A DNA stretch of 64,000 bases, taken from the NCBI GenBank assembly GCA_964016885.1, contig OZ024750.1, positions 51,150,001 through 51,214,000 on the forward strand, read 5' to 3'. The position numbers were made by a program, and so were the translations under genes. Source of the stretch: Eledone cirrhosa (taxonomy: Eukaryota). Numbering within the stretch: position 1 is the stretch's first letter; each line of letters starts with the position of its first letter. Shown here one piece after another: positions 38,566-52,937 of the stretch. Below the pieces are notes generated by a model. It saw only the letters and a list, made by a program, of their open reading frames with translations. It searched no databases and had not been told where the DNA came from.

Positions 38566-39403
38566 TCTATGTCCCTGTGAGCCATACGTAAACCATGTAC
38601 TAATTAGTACTGATTACTAAATTATTTAATGAGCTCTTTTCAATGGAGTCTTACATTTTCCACGTGGCCTAAACCTATTAACAGCTTCTACTGTCTATAT
38701 GTTGCACCTGGAATGAGCCCATAGCCAGCTTTGAAAGTTTACATTAGGTATGGACCTTTTTACAGATTTGTAAAGCCGGCAGTTTACGTTAGGTATGGGC
38801 TTATAACCAGCTTTGGAAAGCCTACAGCTTATAGCAGTCCAGGGTCCATCACTAGTTTTGCATGAGATAGGTCACGGTGTTTTGCATGAGAACGCGAAAC
38901 CAAGTTACTATGAAGCTTCACCTAAACAAGACGACCTTACCTACGTCATATGATATCACATGTCCCTAGTGAAGACACAAAATTCTTCCTAAATACGTTA
39001 GAGTGTTTCTTAATGTAAACACTTATGGTGGAGAGACTTGAATTAATTGGCACAGCCGATCGTTGGAGTCTGATATAGAATCTGTTGTGGAAAAAACAAA
39101 ATAAAGGATTTTTTGTTTTTGTTTAGCTACATTTATTACATACTATACATGTCAAATTCCCATGTACTCACACACACAGACGCACACAAACACCGACACA
39201 CGTGTCTATGAAAAGTAGCCGAAATAACAACATAGGGAAATAACAACATAGGGAAATAACAACATAGGGAAACGATACAGTAGAAAGAAGATATATATTA
39301 AAAGATTTATATTAGTCTAACGCTTGATATACACGCACACACACACACACAAACACATGCACAAACACACACACACACATATGTAGGTGTGTGTCCGTAA
39401 TAC

Positions 39404-39958
39404 TGCCGAGGTTAACTTTACCTTTCATCCTTACGGGGTCGATAAAACAAAGTAACAGTAACGTACTGGGTAATTGCTGGCCTTGTGCCAAAAGTAGAAA
39501 CAATTATTCATGTTTGTGTGTGCCAGTGTAATGTGTGTGTGCGTGTGTAGGTGTGTGTGAGTGTGTGTCCTTGTCATTACTTGTTTGTGTGTGTCCGTGT
39601 CACTATTCATGTGTGTGTGTCAGTGTATATATCCGGTGACATAGCAGTCCGACAAAATAGATCGCTAAGATCCAGACTTGAAAAAAATAAAAGTGGTGAT
39701 CAGTATGATCGATTAAATGAAGGTGGTGCCTCAGCATGACCGTGAAACTAGCAAAATAACTCTTTCTAAATTGATACAATGCCGACTTTTTTTAGAGGAG
39801 GGGAAAGTCCATTCTATCGATCGTAGTACTTGATTGATATTTTATTTTCGACCGCAGAAGGATGAAAGGCAAAGTTGACCTCGATTGTATTGGAATTCCG
39901 AACGTAAAGGGATTTAACTATATACCGCAATGTTCTATCGATATTGCTTATCCACCGC
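39404..39958. mobile_element. SINE cluster: family A (+, 39404-39501), second-family tail (~39630-39760), family A (-, 39762-39958)
   Basis: Matches to the family A core in both orientations. Confidence 0.7.
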
Positions 39959-40679
39959 ACACGGTGAAAGAATAAAAGAAGTTGCTTTCAAAGAGGCTTT
40001 ATTTCTGTAAATGATTTTAAACAACATCTTTTCACTATTCTCTCTCCCTCTCATGTGAAATCTGTTGTGGCAACCTTGTCCTGATCTTCAACTATTATCA
40101 GTCTAGTTTTCACTGTTTTCTAACAAACTATCTCTCTACCAGATATATATCTCCAGATATCTTGTTATATTTCTTCAATCTTTTGATTTGTTTGCTTTAT
40201 ACTTCCACATGAGATGGATGTTATGTAAATGGTTTCGTCAGGGTTGTTTTTACAGACACTCTTGTGTTTTATTGGCTACTCATGAACAACACTTAGTTCC
40301 TGCATCTGTTGGAGGCCACTGTAGGAAGACAATACGCTGGAAAGGAAAATATCCAAAATTATGTTCATGTTATCCTTCATACAAGTATATGCAGTCTCAT
40401 TAGCTTAATTCCTCTCCGATGAAGCCTCAGCTTAATTCCTCTCATGAAGTCTCATCAGCTATATTCCTCTCTAATTAAACTCATCAGCCAAATTCCTCAC
40501 TAATACAAACTCATTAACTGAATTACTCTCTGATGACATTTGCTCGATTAAAAACCTAAATAATACATTGTGTGTGAAATGTGAGTTATTGGTAATATTA
40601 GGTATCGCACCTTCAGAAGATTATATGCTGATTAAACATTTACGTTTTTATTTCAATATTTGTCCATATTTGTACACAG

Positions 40680-40990
40680 CTTGGCCCAACAGTTAAAGGG
40701 TTCACTATGCACTCATTAAGTCCCACGTTCAATTCTACTGCGTCGCATTTTTTCCAAGTGTCATTTAACACAGCCTCGGATCAATCAAAGCGTTATGAGT
40801 AAAGTTCGGTAGACGGAATCTGTTTGGAAGCCCTTCCAATGGACTGTACCTTTAATTCAAAAGCATGACCTTGCCACACGCCTTTCGCAGCGGCATGTTG
40901 AATCTTCCTGAGAATTACGTTGAAGAATGATGACTGTAAAACTGCTTTGACACTTGTGCCTTAATTTTATGAGCAGGCTATTTCTTTCAT
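40680..40990 (+). mobile_element. Diverged tRNA-headed SINE (family B); related copies ~20185, 22275, 47700, 49870, 63830
   Basis: Shared GTTCAAT(C/T)C.ACTGCGT...AAGTGTC...CAGCCTCG...GACGGAA.CTG...GAAGCC motifs. Confidence 0.55.
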
Positions 40991-41049
40991 CATCCTACTT
41001 GAACACCTGTCGTAGAAACCTATGGCGGTATATTCTAATAGTACATAGC

Positions 41050-44000
41050 GCAGGTAACCCAGCACTACCTGCTACATAGGGCCAGATGGAGGTATATTCC
41101 AATAGCCCAGGTAACCCAGCACTACCTGCTACATAGGGCCAGATGGAGGTATATTCCAGTAGCCCAGGTAACCCAGCACTACCTGCTACATAGGGCCAGA
41201 TGGAGGTATATTCCAATAGCCCAGGTAACCTAGTACTACCTGCTACATAGGGCCAGATGGAGGTATATTCCAGTAGCCCAGGTAACCCAGCACTACCTGC
41301 TACATAGGGCCAGATGGAGGTATATTCCAGTAGCCCAGGTAACCCAGCACTACCTGCTACATAGGGCCAGATGGAGGTATATTCCAATAGCCCAGGTAAC
41401 CTAGTACTACCTGCTACATAGGGCCAGATGGAGGTATATTCCAGTAGCCCAGGTAACCCAGCACTACCTGCTACATAGGGCCAGATGGAGGTATATTCCA
41501 GTAGCCCAGGTAACCCAGCACTACCTGCTACATAGGGCCAGATGGAGGTATATTCCAATAGCCCAGGTAACCTAGTACTACCTGCTACATAGGGCCAGAT
41601 GGGGGTATATTCCAATAGCCCAGGTAACCTAGTACTACCTGCTACATAGGGCCAGATGGAGGTATATTCCAGTAGCCCAGGTAACCCAGCACTACCTGCT
41701 ACATAGGGCCAGATGGGGGTATATTCCAATAGCCCAGGTAACCTAGTACTACCTGCTACATAGGGCCAGATGGAGGTATATTCCAATAGCCCAGGTAACC
41801 CAGCACTACCTGCTACATAGGGCCAGATGGAGGTATATTCCAATAGCCCAGGTAACCCAGCACTACCTGCTACATAGGGCCAGATGGAGGTATATTCCAA
41901 TAGCCCAGGTAACCCAGCACTACCTGCCATATAGGGCCAGATGTAGGTATATTCCAGTAGCCCAGGTAACCTAGTACTACCTGCCATATAGGGCCAGATG
42001 GAGGTATATTCCAATAGCCCAGGTAACCTAGTACTACCTGCCATATAGGGCCAGATGGAGGTATATTCCAATAGCCCAGGTAACCCAGCACTACCTGCCA
42101 TATAGGGCCAGATGTAGGTATATTCCAATAGCCCAGGTAACCTAGCACTACCTGCCATATAGGGCCAGATGTAGGTATATTCCAATAGCCCAGGTAACCC
42201 AGCACTACCTGCTACATAGGGCCAGATGGAGGTATATTCCAATAGCCCAGGTAACCTAGTACTACCTGCCATATAGGGCCAGATGTAGGTATATTCCAAT
42301 AGCCCAGGTAACCTAGTACTACCTGCCATATAGGGCCAGATGTAGGTATATTCCAATAGCCCAGGTAACCTAGTACTACCTGCCATATAGGGCCAGATGG
42401 AGGTATATTCCAATAGCCCAGGTAACCCAGCACTACCTGCTACATAGGGCCAGATGGAGGTATATTCCAATAGCCCAGGTAACCCAGCACTACCTGCTAC
42501 ATAGGGCCAGATGGAGGTATATTCCAATAGCCCAGGTAACCCAGCACTACCTGCTACATAGGGCCAGATGTAGGTATATTCCAATAGCCCAGGTAACCTA
42601 GTACTACCTGCCATATAGGGCCAGATGGAGGTATATTCCAATAGCCCAGGTAACCTAGTACTACCTGCCATATAGGGCCAGATGGAGGTATATTCCAATA
42701 GCCCAGGTAACCCAGCACTACCTGCTACATAGGGCCAGATGGAGGTATATTCCAATAGCCCAGGTAACCTAGTACTACCTGCCATATAGGGCCAGATGGA
42801 GGTATATTCCAATAGCCCAGGTAACCCAGCACTACCTGCTACATAGGGCCAGATGGAGGTATATTCCAATAGCCCAGGTAACCTAGTACTACCTGCCATA
42901 TAGGGCCAGATGTAGGTATATTCCAATAGCCCAGGTAACCTAGTACTACCTGCCATATAGGGCCAGATGGAGGTATATTCCAATAGCCCAGGTAACCCAG
43001 CACTACCTGCTACATAGGGCCAGATGGAGGTATATTCCAATAGCCCAGGTAACCTAGTACTACCTGCCATATAGGGCCAGATGGAGGTATATTCCAATAG
43101 CCCAGGTAACCCAGCACTACCTGCTACATAGGGCCAGATGGAGGTATATTCCAATAGCCCAGGTAACCTAGTACTACCTGCCATATAGGGCCAGATGTAG
43201 GTATATTCCAATAGCCCAGGTAACCTAGTACTACCTGCCATATAGGGCCAGATGGAGGTATATTCCAATAGCCCAGGTAACCCAGCACTACCTGCTACAT
43301 AGGGCCAGATGGAGGTATATTCCAATAGCCCAGGTAACTTAGTACTACCTGCCATATAGGGCCAGATGTAGGTATATTCCAATAGCCCAGGTAACCTAGT
43401 ACTACCTGCCATATAGGGCCAGATGGAGGTATATTCCAGTAGCCCAGGTAACCTAGTACTACCTGCTACATAGGGCCAGATGGAGGTATATTCCAATAGC
43501 CCAGGTAACCCAGCACTACCTGCCATATAGGGCCAGATGTAGGTATATTCCAGTAGCCCAGGTAACCTAGTACTACCTGCCATATAGGGCCAGATGGAGG
43601 TATATTCCAATAGACCAGGTAACCTAGTACTACCTGCCATATAGGGCCAGATGGAGGTATATTCCAGTAGCCCAGGTAACCTAGTACTACCTGCCATATA
43701 GGGCCAGATGTAGGTATATTCCAGTAGCCCAGGTAACCCAGCACTACCTGCTACATAGGGTCAGATAGAGGTATATTCCAATAGCCCAGGTAACCTAGTA
43801 CTACCTGCCATATAGGGCCAGATGGAGGTATATTCCAATAGACCAGGTAACCCAGCACTACCTGCCATATAGGGCCAGATGGAGGTATATTCTAATAGCC
43901 CAGGTAACCCAGCACTACCTGCTACATAGGGCCAGATGTAGGTATATTCCAGTAGCCCAGGTAACCCAGCACTACCTGCTACATAGGGCCAGATGAAGGT

Positions 44001-46455
44001 ATATTCCAATAGACCAGGTAACCCAGCACTACCTGCTACATAGGGCCAGATGGAGGTATATTCCAATAGCCCAGGTAACCTAGTACTACCTGCCATATAG
44101 GGCCAGATGTAGGTATATTCCAGTAGCCCAGGTAACCCAGCACTACCTGCTACATAGGGCCAGATGGGGGTATATTCCAATAGCCCAGGTAACCTAGTAC
44201 TACCTGCCATATAGGGCCAGATGTAGGTATATTCCAATAGCCCAGGTAACCTAGTACTACCTGCCATATAGGGCCAGATGTAGGTATATTCCAATAGCCC
44301 AGGTAACCTAGTACTACCTGCTACATAGGGCCAGATGGGGGTATATTCCAATAGCCCAGGTAACCTAGTACTACCTGCCATATAGGGCCAGATGTAGGTA
44401 TATTCCAGTAGCCCAGGTAACCCAGCACTACCTGCTACATAGGGCCAGATGGGGGTATATTCCAATAGCCCAGGTAACCTAGTACTACCTGCCATATAGG
44501 GCCAGATGTAGGTATATTCCAATAGCCCAGGTAACCTAGCACTACCTGCCATATAGGGCCAGATGGAGGTATATTCCAATAGCCCAGGTAACCCAGCACT
44601 ACCTGCTACATAGGGCCAGATAGAGGTATATTCCAATAGCCCAGGTAACCCAGCACTACCTGCCATATAGGGCCAGATGTAGGTATATTCCAATAGCCCA
44701 GGTAACCTAGCACTACCTGCCATATAGGGCCAGATGGAGGTATATTCCAATAGCCCAGGTAACCCAGCACTACCTGCTACATAGGGCCAGATAGAGGTAT
44801 ATTCCAATAGCCCAGGTAACCCAGCACTACCTGCCATATAGGGCCAGATGGAGGTATATTCCAATAGCCCAGGTAACCTAGTACTACCTGCCATATAGGG
44901 CCAGATGGAGGTATATTCCAATAGCCCAGGTAACCCAGCACTACCTGCTACATAGGGCCAGATGGAGGTATATTCCAATAGCCCAGGTAACCTAGTACTA
45001 CCTGCCATATAGGGCCAGATGGAGGTATATTCCAATAGCCCAGGTAACCTAGTACTACCTGCCATATAGGGCCAGATGGAGGTATATTCCAATAGCCCAG
45101 GTAACCTAGTACTACCTGCCATATAGGGCCAGATGGAGGTATATTCCAATAGCCCAGGTAACCTAGTACTACCTGCCATATAGGGCCAGATGGAGGTATA
45201 TTCCAATAGCCCAGGTAACCCAGTACTACCTGCTACATAGGGCCAGATGTAGGTATATTCCAATAGCCCAGGTAACCTAGTACTACCTGCTACATAGGGC
45301 CAGATGGGGGTATATTCCAATAGCCCAGGTAACCTAGTACTACCTGCTACATAGGGCCAGATGGGGGTATATTCCAGTAGCCCAGGTAACCCAGCACTAC
45401 CTGCCATATAGGGCCAGATGTAGGTATATTCCAATAGCCCAGGTAACCTAGTACTACCTGCTACATAGGGCCAGATGTAGGTATATTCCAATAGCCCAGG
45501 TAACCTAGTACTACCTGCCATATAGGGCCAGATGTAGGTATATTCCAATAGACCAGGTAACCTAGTACTACCTGCTACATAGGGCCAGATGGGGGTATAT
45601 TCCAATAGCCCAGGTAACCTAGTACTACCTGCTACATAGGGCCAGATGGGGGTATATTCCAATAGCCCAGGTAACCTAGTACTACCTGCTACATAGGGCC
45701 AGATGTAGGTATATTCCAATAGCCCAGGTAACCTAGTACTACCTGCTACATAGGGCCAGATGGGGGTATATTCCAGTAGCCCAGGTAACCTAGTACTACC
45801 TGCCATATAGGGCCAGATGGAGGTATATTCCAATAGCCCAGGTAACCTAGTACTACCTGCTACATAGGGCCAGATGGAGGTATATTCCAATAGCCCAGGT
45901 AACCTAGTACTACCTGCCATATAGGGCCAGATGGAGGTATATTCCAATAGACCAGGTAACCTAGTACTACCTGCCATATAGGGCCAGATGGAGGTATATT
46001 CCAATAGACCAGGTAACCTAGTACTACCTGCTACATAGGGCCAGATGGAGGTATATTCCAATAGACCAGGTAACCTAGTACTACCTGCTACATAGGGCCA
46101 GATGGAGGTATATTCCAATAGACCAGGTAACCTAGTACTACCTGCTACATAGGGCCAGATGGGGGTATATTCCAATAGCCCAGGTAACCTAGTACTACCT
46201 GCTACATAGGGTCAGATGGAGGTATATTCCAGTAGCGCAGGTAACCCAGCACTACCTGCCATATAGGGCCAGATGTAGGTATATTCCAATAGACCAGGTA
46301 ACCTAGTACTACCTGCCATATAGGGCCAGATGAAGGTATATTCCAATAGCCCAGGTAACCTAGTACTACCTGCCATATAGGGCCAGATGGAGGTATATTC
46401 CAATAGACCAGGTAACCTAGTACTACCTGCCATATAGGGCCAGATGTAGGTATAT
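41050..46455. repeat. 57-bp minisatellite, about 95 highly similar units
   Basis: Unit CCAGGTAACCYAGYACTACCTGCYAYATAGGGCCAGATGKAGGTATATTCCARTAGC. Confidence 0.98.
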
Positions 46456-46544
46456 ATCCCGTTGTTTCACAGACGGAAAAAGTAATATTAAGTTCCTTCT
46501 ACAAAATTCGACAAAACTATTTCTGTAAATTATATTATTGTGGA

Positions 46545-46778
46545 TTAAGGGAGTCGGTAGAACGCTGGATAGAATGTTTTGCGGTAATCGTTCTGGTTTT
46601 CTGCACTCTGAGTTTAAATTACGCCAAGGTCAACTTTGCCTTTCATTCTTTGGAGGACCATAGGAAAAAAGTACCAGTCTCGTACTGGAGTTGATATTTT
46701 TCTATTATATTTCTTTCTCACTTCCTTTCTATCACTCCTCTCTCTCTCTCTCTCTCTCCCTCTCTCTCTCTCTCTCTC

Positions 46779-46847
<69 letters not shown>
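46545..46847 (+). mobile_element. Diverged family A SINE followed by (CT)n
   Basis: GAGTTTAAATTACGCCAAGGTCAACTTTGCCTTTCATTC core; (CT)n at 46737-46847. Confidence 0.7.
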
Positions 46848-46850
<3 letters not shown>

Positions 46851-47334
46851 GAAGAAATCAGCTGTCTTCTGACCTGAAGAGAAGATGAACTCCAACAGAT
46901 ATTTTTTAATGCCCCCAAAACACCGTATCTCGCTATGGCGACCCAACGATTCCACCATGAGTTGCACACACAAACGGACAGACAGTCAATATTGTTGAGA
47001 GACAACGCTGGTTTGGAGTATTAATGAAAGCATTTTAAGATATTTGCCACCCACCTCACCTCACCCCTGCTTCGTGTCATATGGATGTAATAAATAAAAA
47101 TAAAAATTGTTGAACACTTTTGATAGACGTATAACTGACAGACGGAAAGGCGCTTCAATTATTATAATATAGATTAAACCACTTGGAGATGTTCAGGAGG
47201 TGTTATGTACCTTGTTGACAGCAACACAATCACGACCTCATTACTGTATTTAGAAGAGATAATTAATAAAACAACATATGACATCAATATAGCAGCACAG
47301 AAAACAATGGCGTCAACATTTGCATGTAAATGTG

Positions 47335-47393
<59 letters not shown>

Positions 47394-48599
47394 TTGTATG
47401 TTATTTATACTGAAAACAAACTAAACAAATCTTTACATGGTTTCAGATAATGTTATTTCATTAGAAGACAACATGAAGATAATCCCAATACATTTCAAGG
47501 TTATCACAGTATGATAACATTGCGCAGTTATTTTCTACACTGTGGCACATGATTAGCTTATTCTTTTACTGGATTTAGTCATTAGTCAGAGGCCATACTG
47601 GGGCATAGCCTTGGCGTTCATTACATTTTCAGTACATATGTACCGTTGAACATATTTTACAAGTCAAGAAGTTATTTTATCGATTTTTTTTCATCGGATC
47701 GTTAGGTCACGGGTTTGATCCCACTGCGTGGCATATTCGTCGAGTGTTACTTACTACAGCCTCGTAACGATTTGGAATTGAGTTGACGGAAACTGATTGG
47801 AAGCCGTTGGGTAGGCTGCAGCTCTAATTGAAAGGGTGAGCCGTGTCACATAATGTCACATTGAAACCCTCCCCCACTAAGAATCACATTAAGGATATAC
47901 GGATTTGTGGTGGAATGCTCAGCTACTTACACATTAATTTGTCGAGCAGAGTATTCCGTTGATCAATAGCTGGAACATCGTCGAAACCGACGGAAGGCCA
48001 CTTAAATGTCTGAAACGGATGAATGTTTGGAAAGTTAAGCCTCAGTATTATATGGAAAGACTAATACCAAATCAACAATTAAACAATATATTCTAGATTA
48101 AGGACCACGTAAATTACGACTTACCGTTCACCATTTCGAATTCGATAAAAACATTACCAGTCTAGTGTTATGGTCGATTCTTCCACTGTATCTATTCCTC
48201 TATATTGCTCCCTTTATAATATATATATTACTAACAATACTAAGGATGTCATGTCTACAGAAATTTCAGACAAACACCATATCACCTGTAAGGAAAGCTC
48301 TAAGGAATAACTCCAACATTTATTACAAAATTAAAAATTAAAAAACGATTGCCACATACATAAATATAGCAAACATAACAGGAGATAAATTGTAAAAGGA
48401 TGTAAGGACATCTAATTCCAAATGGCGGCATATTTAAATATCTGAATTTCAGTAATTATTTATATCCTCACATACATATTGTTATGATTGATGTATTTAT
48501 GTATGTGGCAATCGTTTTTAAATGTTGTATATATATATATACTTTATATACTATATATATATATATATATAGTACATATTTAAATATTTAATTTACGGA

Positions 48600-49045
48600 A
48601 AAAACTCTGTTTATGGGAGTATAAGTCAGACAGAATATAAGTGAGATTGACAAAAGTGTTTTAGTCAATCTCACTTATATTTGATCTCCTTACCATAGTT
48701 TCATTAGCGGAATAAGTAATTATTGGAAAAGACCAACATTTGAAGAATCCCCAAATTCATTTGGCTGCTATTTCTAGTGGCATTGTAGGCCTGCCACGTA
48801 GTCCTGGTATTAAGAGTCATTTGTTCATTTAACAGTTCAATTACACCACGTGCTTTTGTAGAACACGCTGCCTCGGTAACTGTAGTTTCATGATAAACAT
48901 GGACTCTTGGAACTGAAGACGCTCCTGATGAATTTGCAGATTCTTCAAATATTGGTCTTTTCCAATAATTACTTCTTCCGCTAGTGAGTTTGACTAAAAT
49001 TTGTTTTGGACTGTCTGGCTAATATCCACATAAATAGAGATTTTC
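48600..49045. repeat. Old, diverged fold-back element with degenerate hammerhead-like motif
   Basis: Arms 48701-48750 / 48940-48988 and 48601-48633 / 49011-49044. CTGATGA at ~48925. Internal hairpin 48634-48681. Confidence 0.55.
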
Positions 49046-49165
49046 ACTTCAATTTGATATGTAATATTGCTTCACAGATTGATATTTATTCCATATATGT
49101 TATCCATTCATTAAGATGTTTAAGTATTAGAGACTAATTAACCTTTAATTATTATTATTATTTTC

Positions 49166-49239
<74 letters not shown>

Positions 49240-50348
49240 TATATAAACTTAGGCAGCAAATTGTCAGACCCGTTAGAACGCCTGATACAATGCTTTTGAG
49301 ATCGATAAAATTCATTACTGGTTCAGTGCTGGGGGGCGATTTTTCTTCTATATCTCATTCTCACTTTCTTTCGTTCACTCCCTTTCTCTTCCATTCTCTG
49401 GGGAAAATGGACCGTGTCCAGACCTGGTGAGGGGAAGGGATGGGGTTCAGCCAGGTTTAAAATTCCCCAGACACAACGTATGTCGCTAGGGTTCCCCTAC
49501 CACTTCAGCAGGAGTTACTGCGTCATACATACAAACGCAACTTACGGCCATTTAAACATTAAAACAATATGTTATTAAACGTAATTATAACTGGACGAAT
49601 TTATTCCGAACAAATTAGAGAGAAGACAATAATTAGAAGCTAATCTGTTTAGCTGTCTCGGAGACTGAACCGATGATGCCCTAACTGAAACAGTGATTAA
49701 AATGTATTCTAATTATATGAAATAACATTGTTATAACCAATTTAAAATATGTTCACATCATGTGATTATACCACATCATTTAAAACTGATTTCAATCATT
49801 CATGATATTGTCTGCAGTTTAAGAAATTTACACATTTTTTTAATTAAGACAGATTCTAATAAATAGTGGCCTTGAACCTTTTTAGGAGCTCCGAGTCTAA
49901 TAGGTTTCGGGTTCAATCCCACTGTGTGATATCTTAGAGAAGTGTCTTATACCATAGATTTCGGTTGAAGGAGACATTGTCAACGAAATTTGGTAATCAG
50001 AAATTGTTGAAGCCACTCGTATATCTATATATATATATGTGTGTGTGTGTGCGCGCGCGCTTGTGCGTGTCTGCACGCGCATGTGTGTGTATGTGTGTTT
50101 ATGTGTGTGTGTTTACCGTTTGTGTATAACACGAACCTTAGCGGTTCGACAAAAATAAGATCGATAAAACATGTACCAGACTGGAGATTAAATACTGGAG
50201 TTAATCTGATGGACTAAATCCTTTCAAAGCGATGCCTCCAGTATGGCCACGGTAAAATGACTGAAAACATTAAAAGAATGTTAAACCATGAAAACTGTCC
50301 GTTCGCTACTTTATAATATTTCACGAGATTTAGAGGTTGTACCTCCAT

Positions 50349-50720
50349 TTGGCAGTATCGGTAGAGGGTCGGACGCCATGCTTTCCAGCATAATTACGTC
50401 CCTTTACGATCTGAGTTCAAATCCCACCGAGGTTGACTTTGCCTTTCATCCTTACGGGGTCAATAAAATAAAGTACCAGTAATGAACTGGGTAATTGCTG
50501 GCCTTGTGCCTAAAGTAGAAACCATTATATATGCAACTAATACAAGGCCAACAATTTGAAGAGGAGGGAAAAGTTGATTAAATCGACTCAGTACGTTACT
50601 GGTACTTCATTCTATCGACCCCGTAAAGATGAAAGGCAAAGTTAACCTCGGCGGGATTTGAACTCAGGCCATAAAGGGCCGTAACTCTATGCTGCAAAAC
50701 ATGGTGTCCGACTCTCTCCC
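50349..50720. mobile_element. Tail-to-tail pair of family A SINEs (+ 50349-50522, - 50540-50720)
   Basis: Matches the family A consensus in both orientations. Confidence 0.85.
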
Positions 50721-51450
50721 CAACAAACGAAGGTTTTCTTTTCTTTTCTCTTCAGTTATAGTATTGAGGTGTGTCAGCTCAGCCTGGTTACTATAAATCC
50801 ACTCGGGATTATTGTCTTCGGTTGATAACTGAATATACGACCGTAGAAGGCACAAATAACATATCTGAATCGAGAATCAAACGATGCATCCCAGTCGCTG
50901 CATGCCGCGAGATTTCTCTCGCTCTACAGCGTTCAGTTTCAATGCACTGTTGACTGTTTCGTTTTTGTGTTGCTTTTGTCGTTTATATTATCCTCCCTGG
51001 CAGAAAGAAATATGAAATAAAAATCAATATACTTTGATGTTAAAATCGACGACAGACATCGAACTAAACAGTGTTAAACCTACAGTTTATCTCTTTTCCT
51101 CTCTCCACTTACTAAATCACCCATAAAAAAATAATATATTTCTACGACAATGATTTATTATGATGTCCGATGTCACTTTTTATATCTTTAATCAAAGAAC
51201 AACTTGATCTTTCACGCTGTTAATATTTCCTTTATTATAGTCAATTTCTCTCTCGCTCTCCCCATTCTCCCAATCACCCCCAATCTATCCAGCTAACTAT
51301 CTATGTATATTTCTATATTTCTCTCTTTTCGTTTCTTCCTTACTTGTTGGCATCCTCTTTATATACGGACCACACATTAAAACAATTTTATTTAGAAATA
51401 TATCAAAGCATTACTTTATTTGTAACAGATAGAAAGAATATGTATATATA

Positions 51451-51525
<75 letters not shown>

Positions 51526-51530
51526 TTTAT

Positions 51531-51544
51531 TTATATAACGCCAT

Positions 51545-51596
<52 letters not shown>

Positions 51597-51731
51597 GAAG
51601 ATGGGGTTATATATATATATGTATATATATATTTATATTTATATAACGCCATCTTTATATATATATATATATATGAAGATGGGGTTATATATATATATGT
51701 ATATATATATTTATATTTATATAACGCCATC
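51531..51731. repeat. Tandem units, each an inverted repeat bracketing (TA)n
   Basis: ATAACGCCATCTTTAT-(TA)n-ATGAAGATGGGGTTAT, two full copies and one partial. Confidence 0.8.
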
Positions 51732-52478
51732 CTCCTCTTTTTCGCCAAACCTATTAATGAAATAATGTGATGGACAAGTAAGATGTTCTGGTTGATTAGA
51801 ACCGTGGGTGTAGTATGTGTCTCCGGATATATTAATATATATATATGTGTGTGTGTGTGTGTATGTGTGTGTATGTATGTATATGTGTATGTATGTATAT
51901 ATGTATGTATTATAGTATTTTATTCATGAGGAATAATACTTTCCTTCCTCGAAACTTTCATTGTAACTTTGAAGTTCCTGTGAATTTCATTAGTATAAAG
52001 TAGATTTTATCGACCTTTTTACTTAACACCCCCACCAGAATCGTTGATTCATAGAATGCTTTATGGTCCTTAACGCTATATCTTACACCAAGAGATTCGT
52101 CAATATGTAGTTAGAATGAACAAGCCAATTGTAAATCAAGCATTCAATTTTATTTTTATTAGCCTATTCGAGGAGAGAGAGACAAAAAATAGGAGAAAAA
52201 AATAACACATTTACATCTTTCGCTTCAGAAAATTAGGAAAATGTTAAGACCACTGATTTGTCTGTGCCGAGAGAATAATTGCCTTTAGACACGACACATA
52301 ATACAAGATAATTTTTCCCATAGGTATAACATCTCTAGCATGGAATCCACAATATTTGGCGATTCATTAGTTTAAACATAGATGTTTGAATTTGCCAGAG
52401 ACAGCAAGCTACCTAGTAATCTCTCAATACCAGTGATTTTTACCCATACCCTTATATTTAACACACACACACATACAT

Positions 52479-52538
<60 letters not shown>

Positions 52539-52856
52539 TTACATGCATATATAATATATATGCATGTGTGTGTACATATATATATATATTGTTGAGTAAT
52601 ATCACTGCATGCTTTCTCTCCTCCATACCATTTTCGTATGTTTCTTTTTTACTATCGTCTGCCTTCTTTTTTCTTCTGCTTTCTCCCAAACACACACCCC
52701 CTCTCTCTTTCTATCTTCCGTTTAAGGATTAAAGTACAAAGCATTAAGACTCTTTTCCAATTATACCAAACATCACACTGGATGGAAGCATGACTAGATA
52801 GATAGATATGGAAGACGTAAATAAGAAAGTTATGAAAATTGACTTACTAAAATTTC

Positions 52857-52937
52857 ACTCCAACTAATTAGTTTCTGTAAGGGGATAAATATGGTTACGG
52901 AGCGTATCCACGGAGAAACCTTACGTCATCAGGGAGT
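52857..52937 (-). ncRNA. Type-I minimal hammerhead ribozyme (inverted copy)
   Basis: Reverse complement of 53726-53806. Confidence 0.75.

Noticed and set aside
41050-46455. CRISPR-like regular array
   Set aside because: No unique spacers; it is a pure tandem repeat in a eukaryotic context with no cas genes.
50733-50953. Strong plus-strand splice acceptor (TTTTCTCTTCAG) and 60-aa ORF
   Set aside because: All frames from the acceptor hit early stops and no recognisable protein is encoded.
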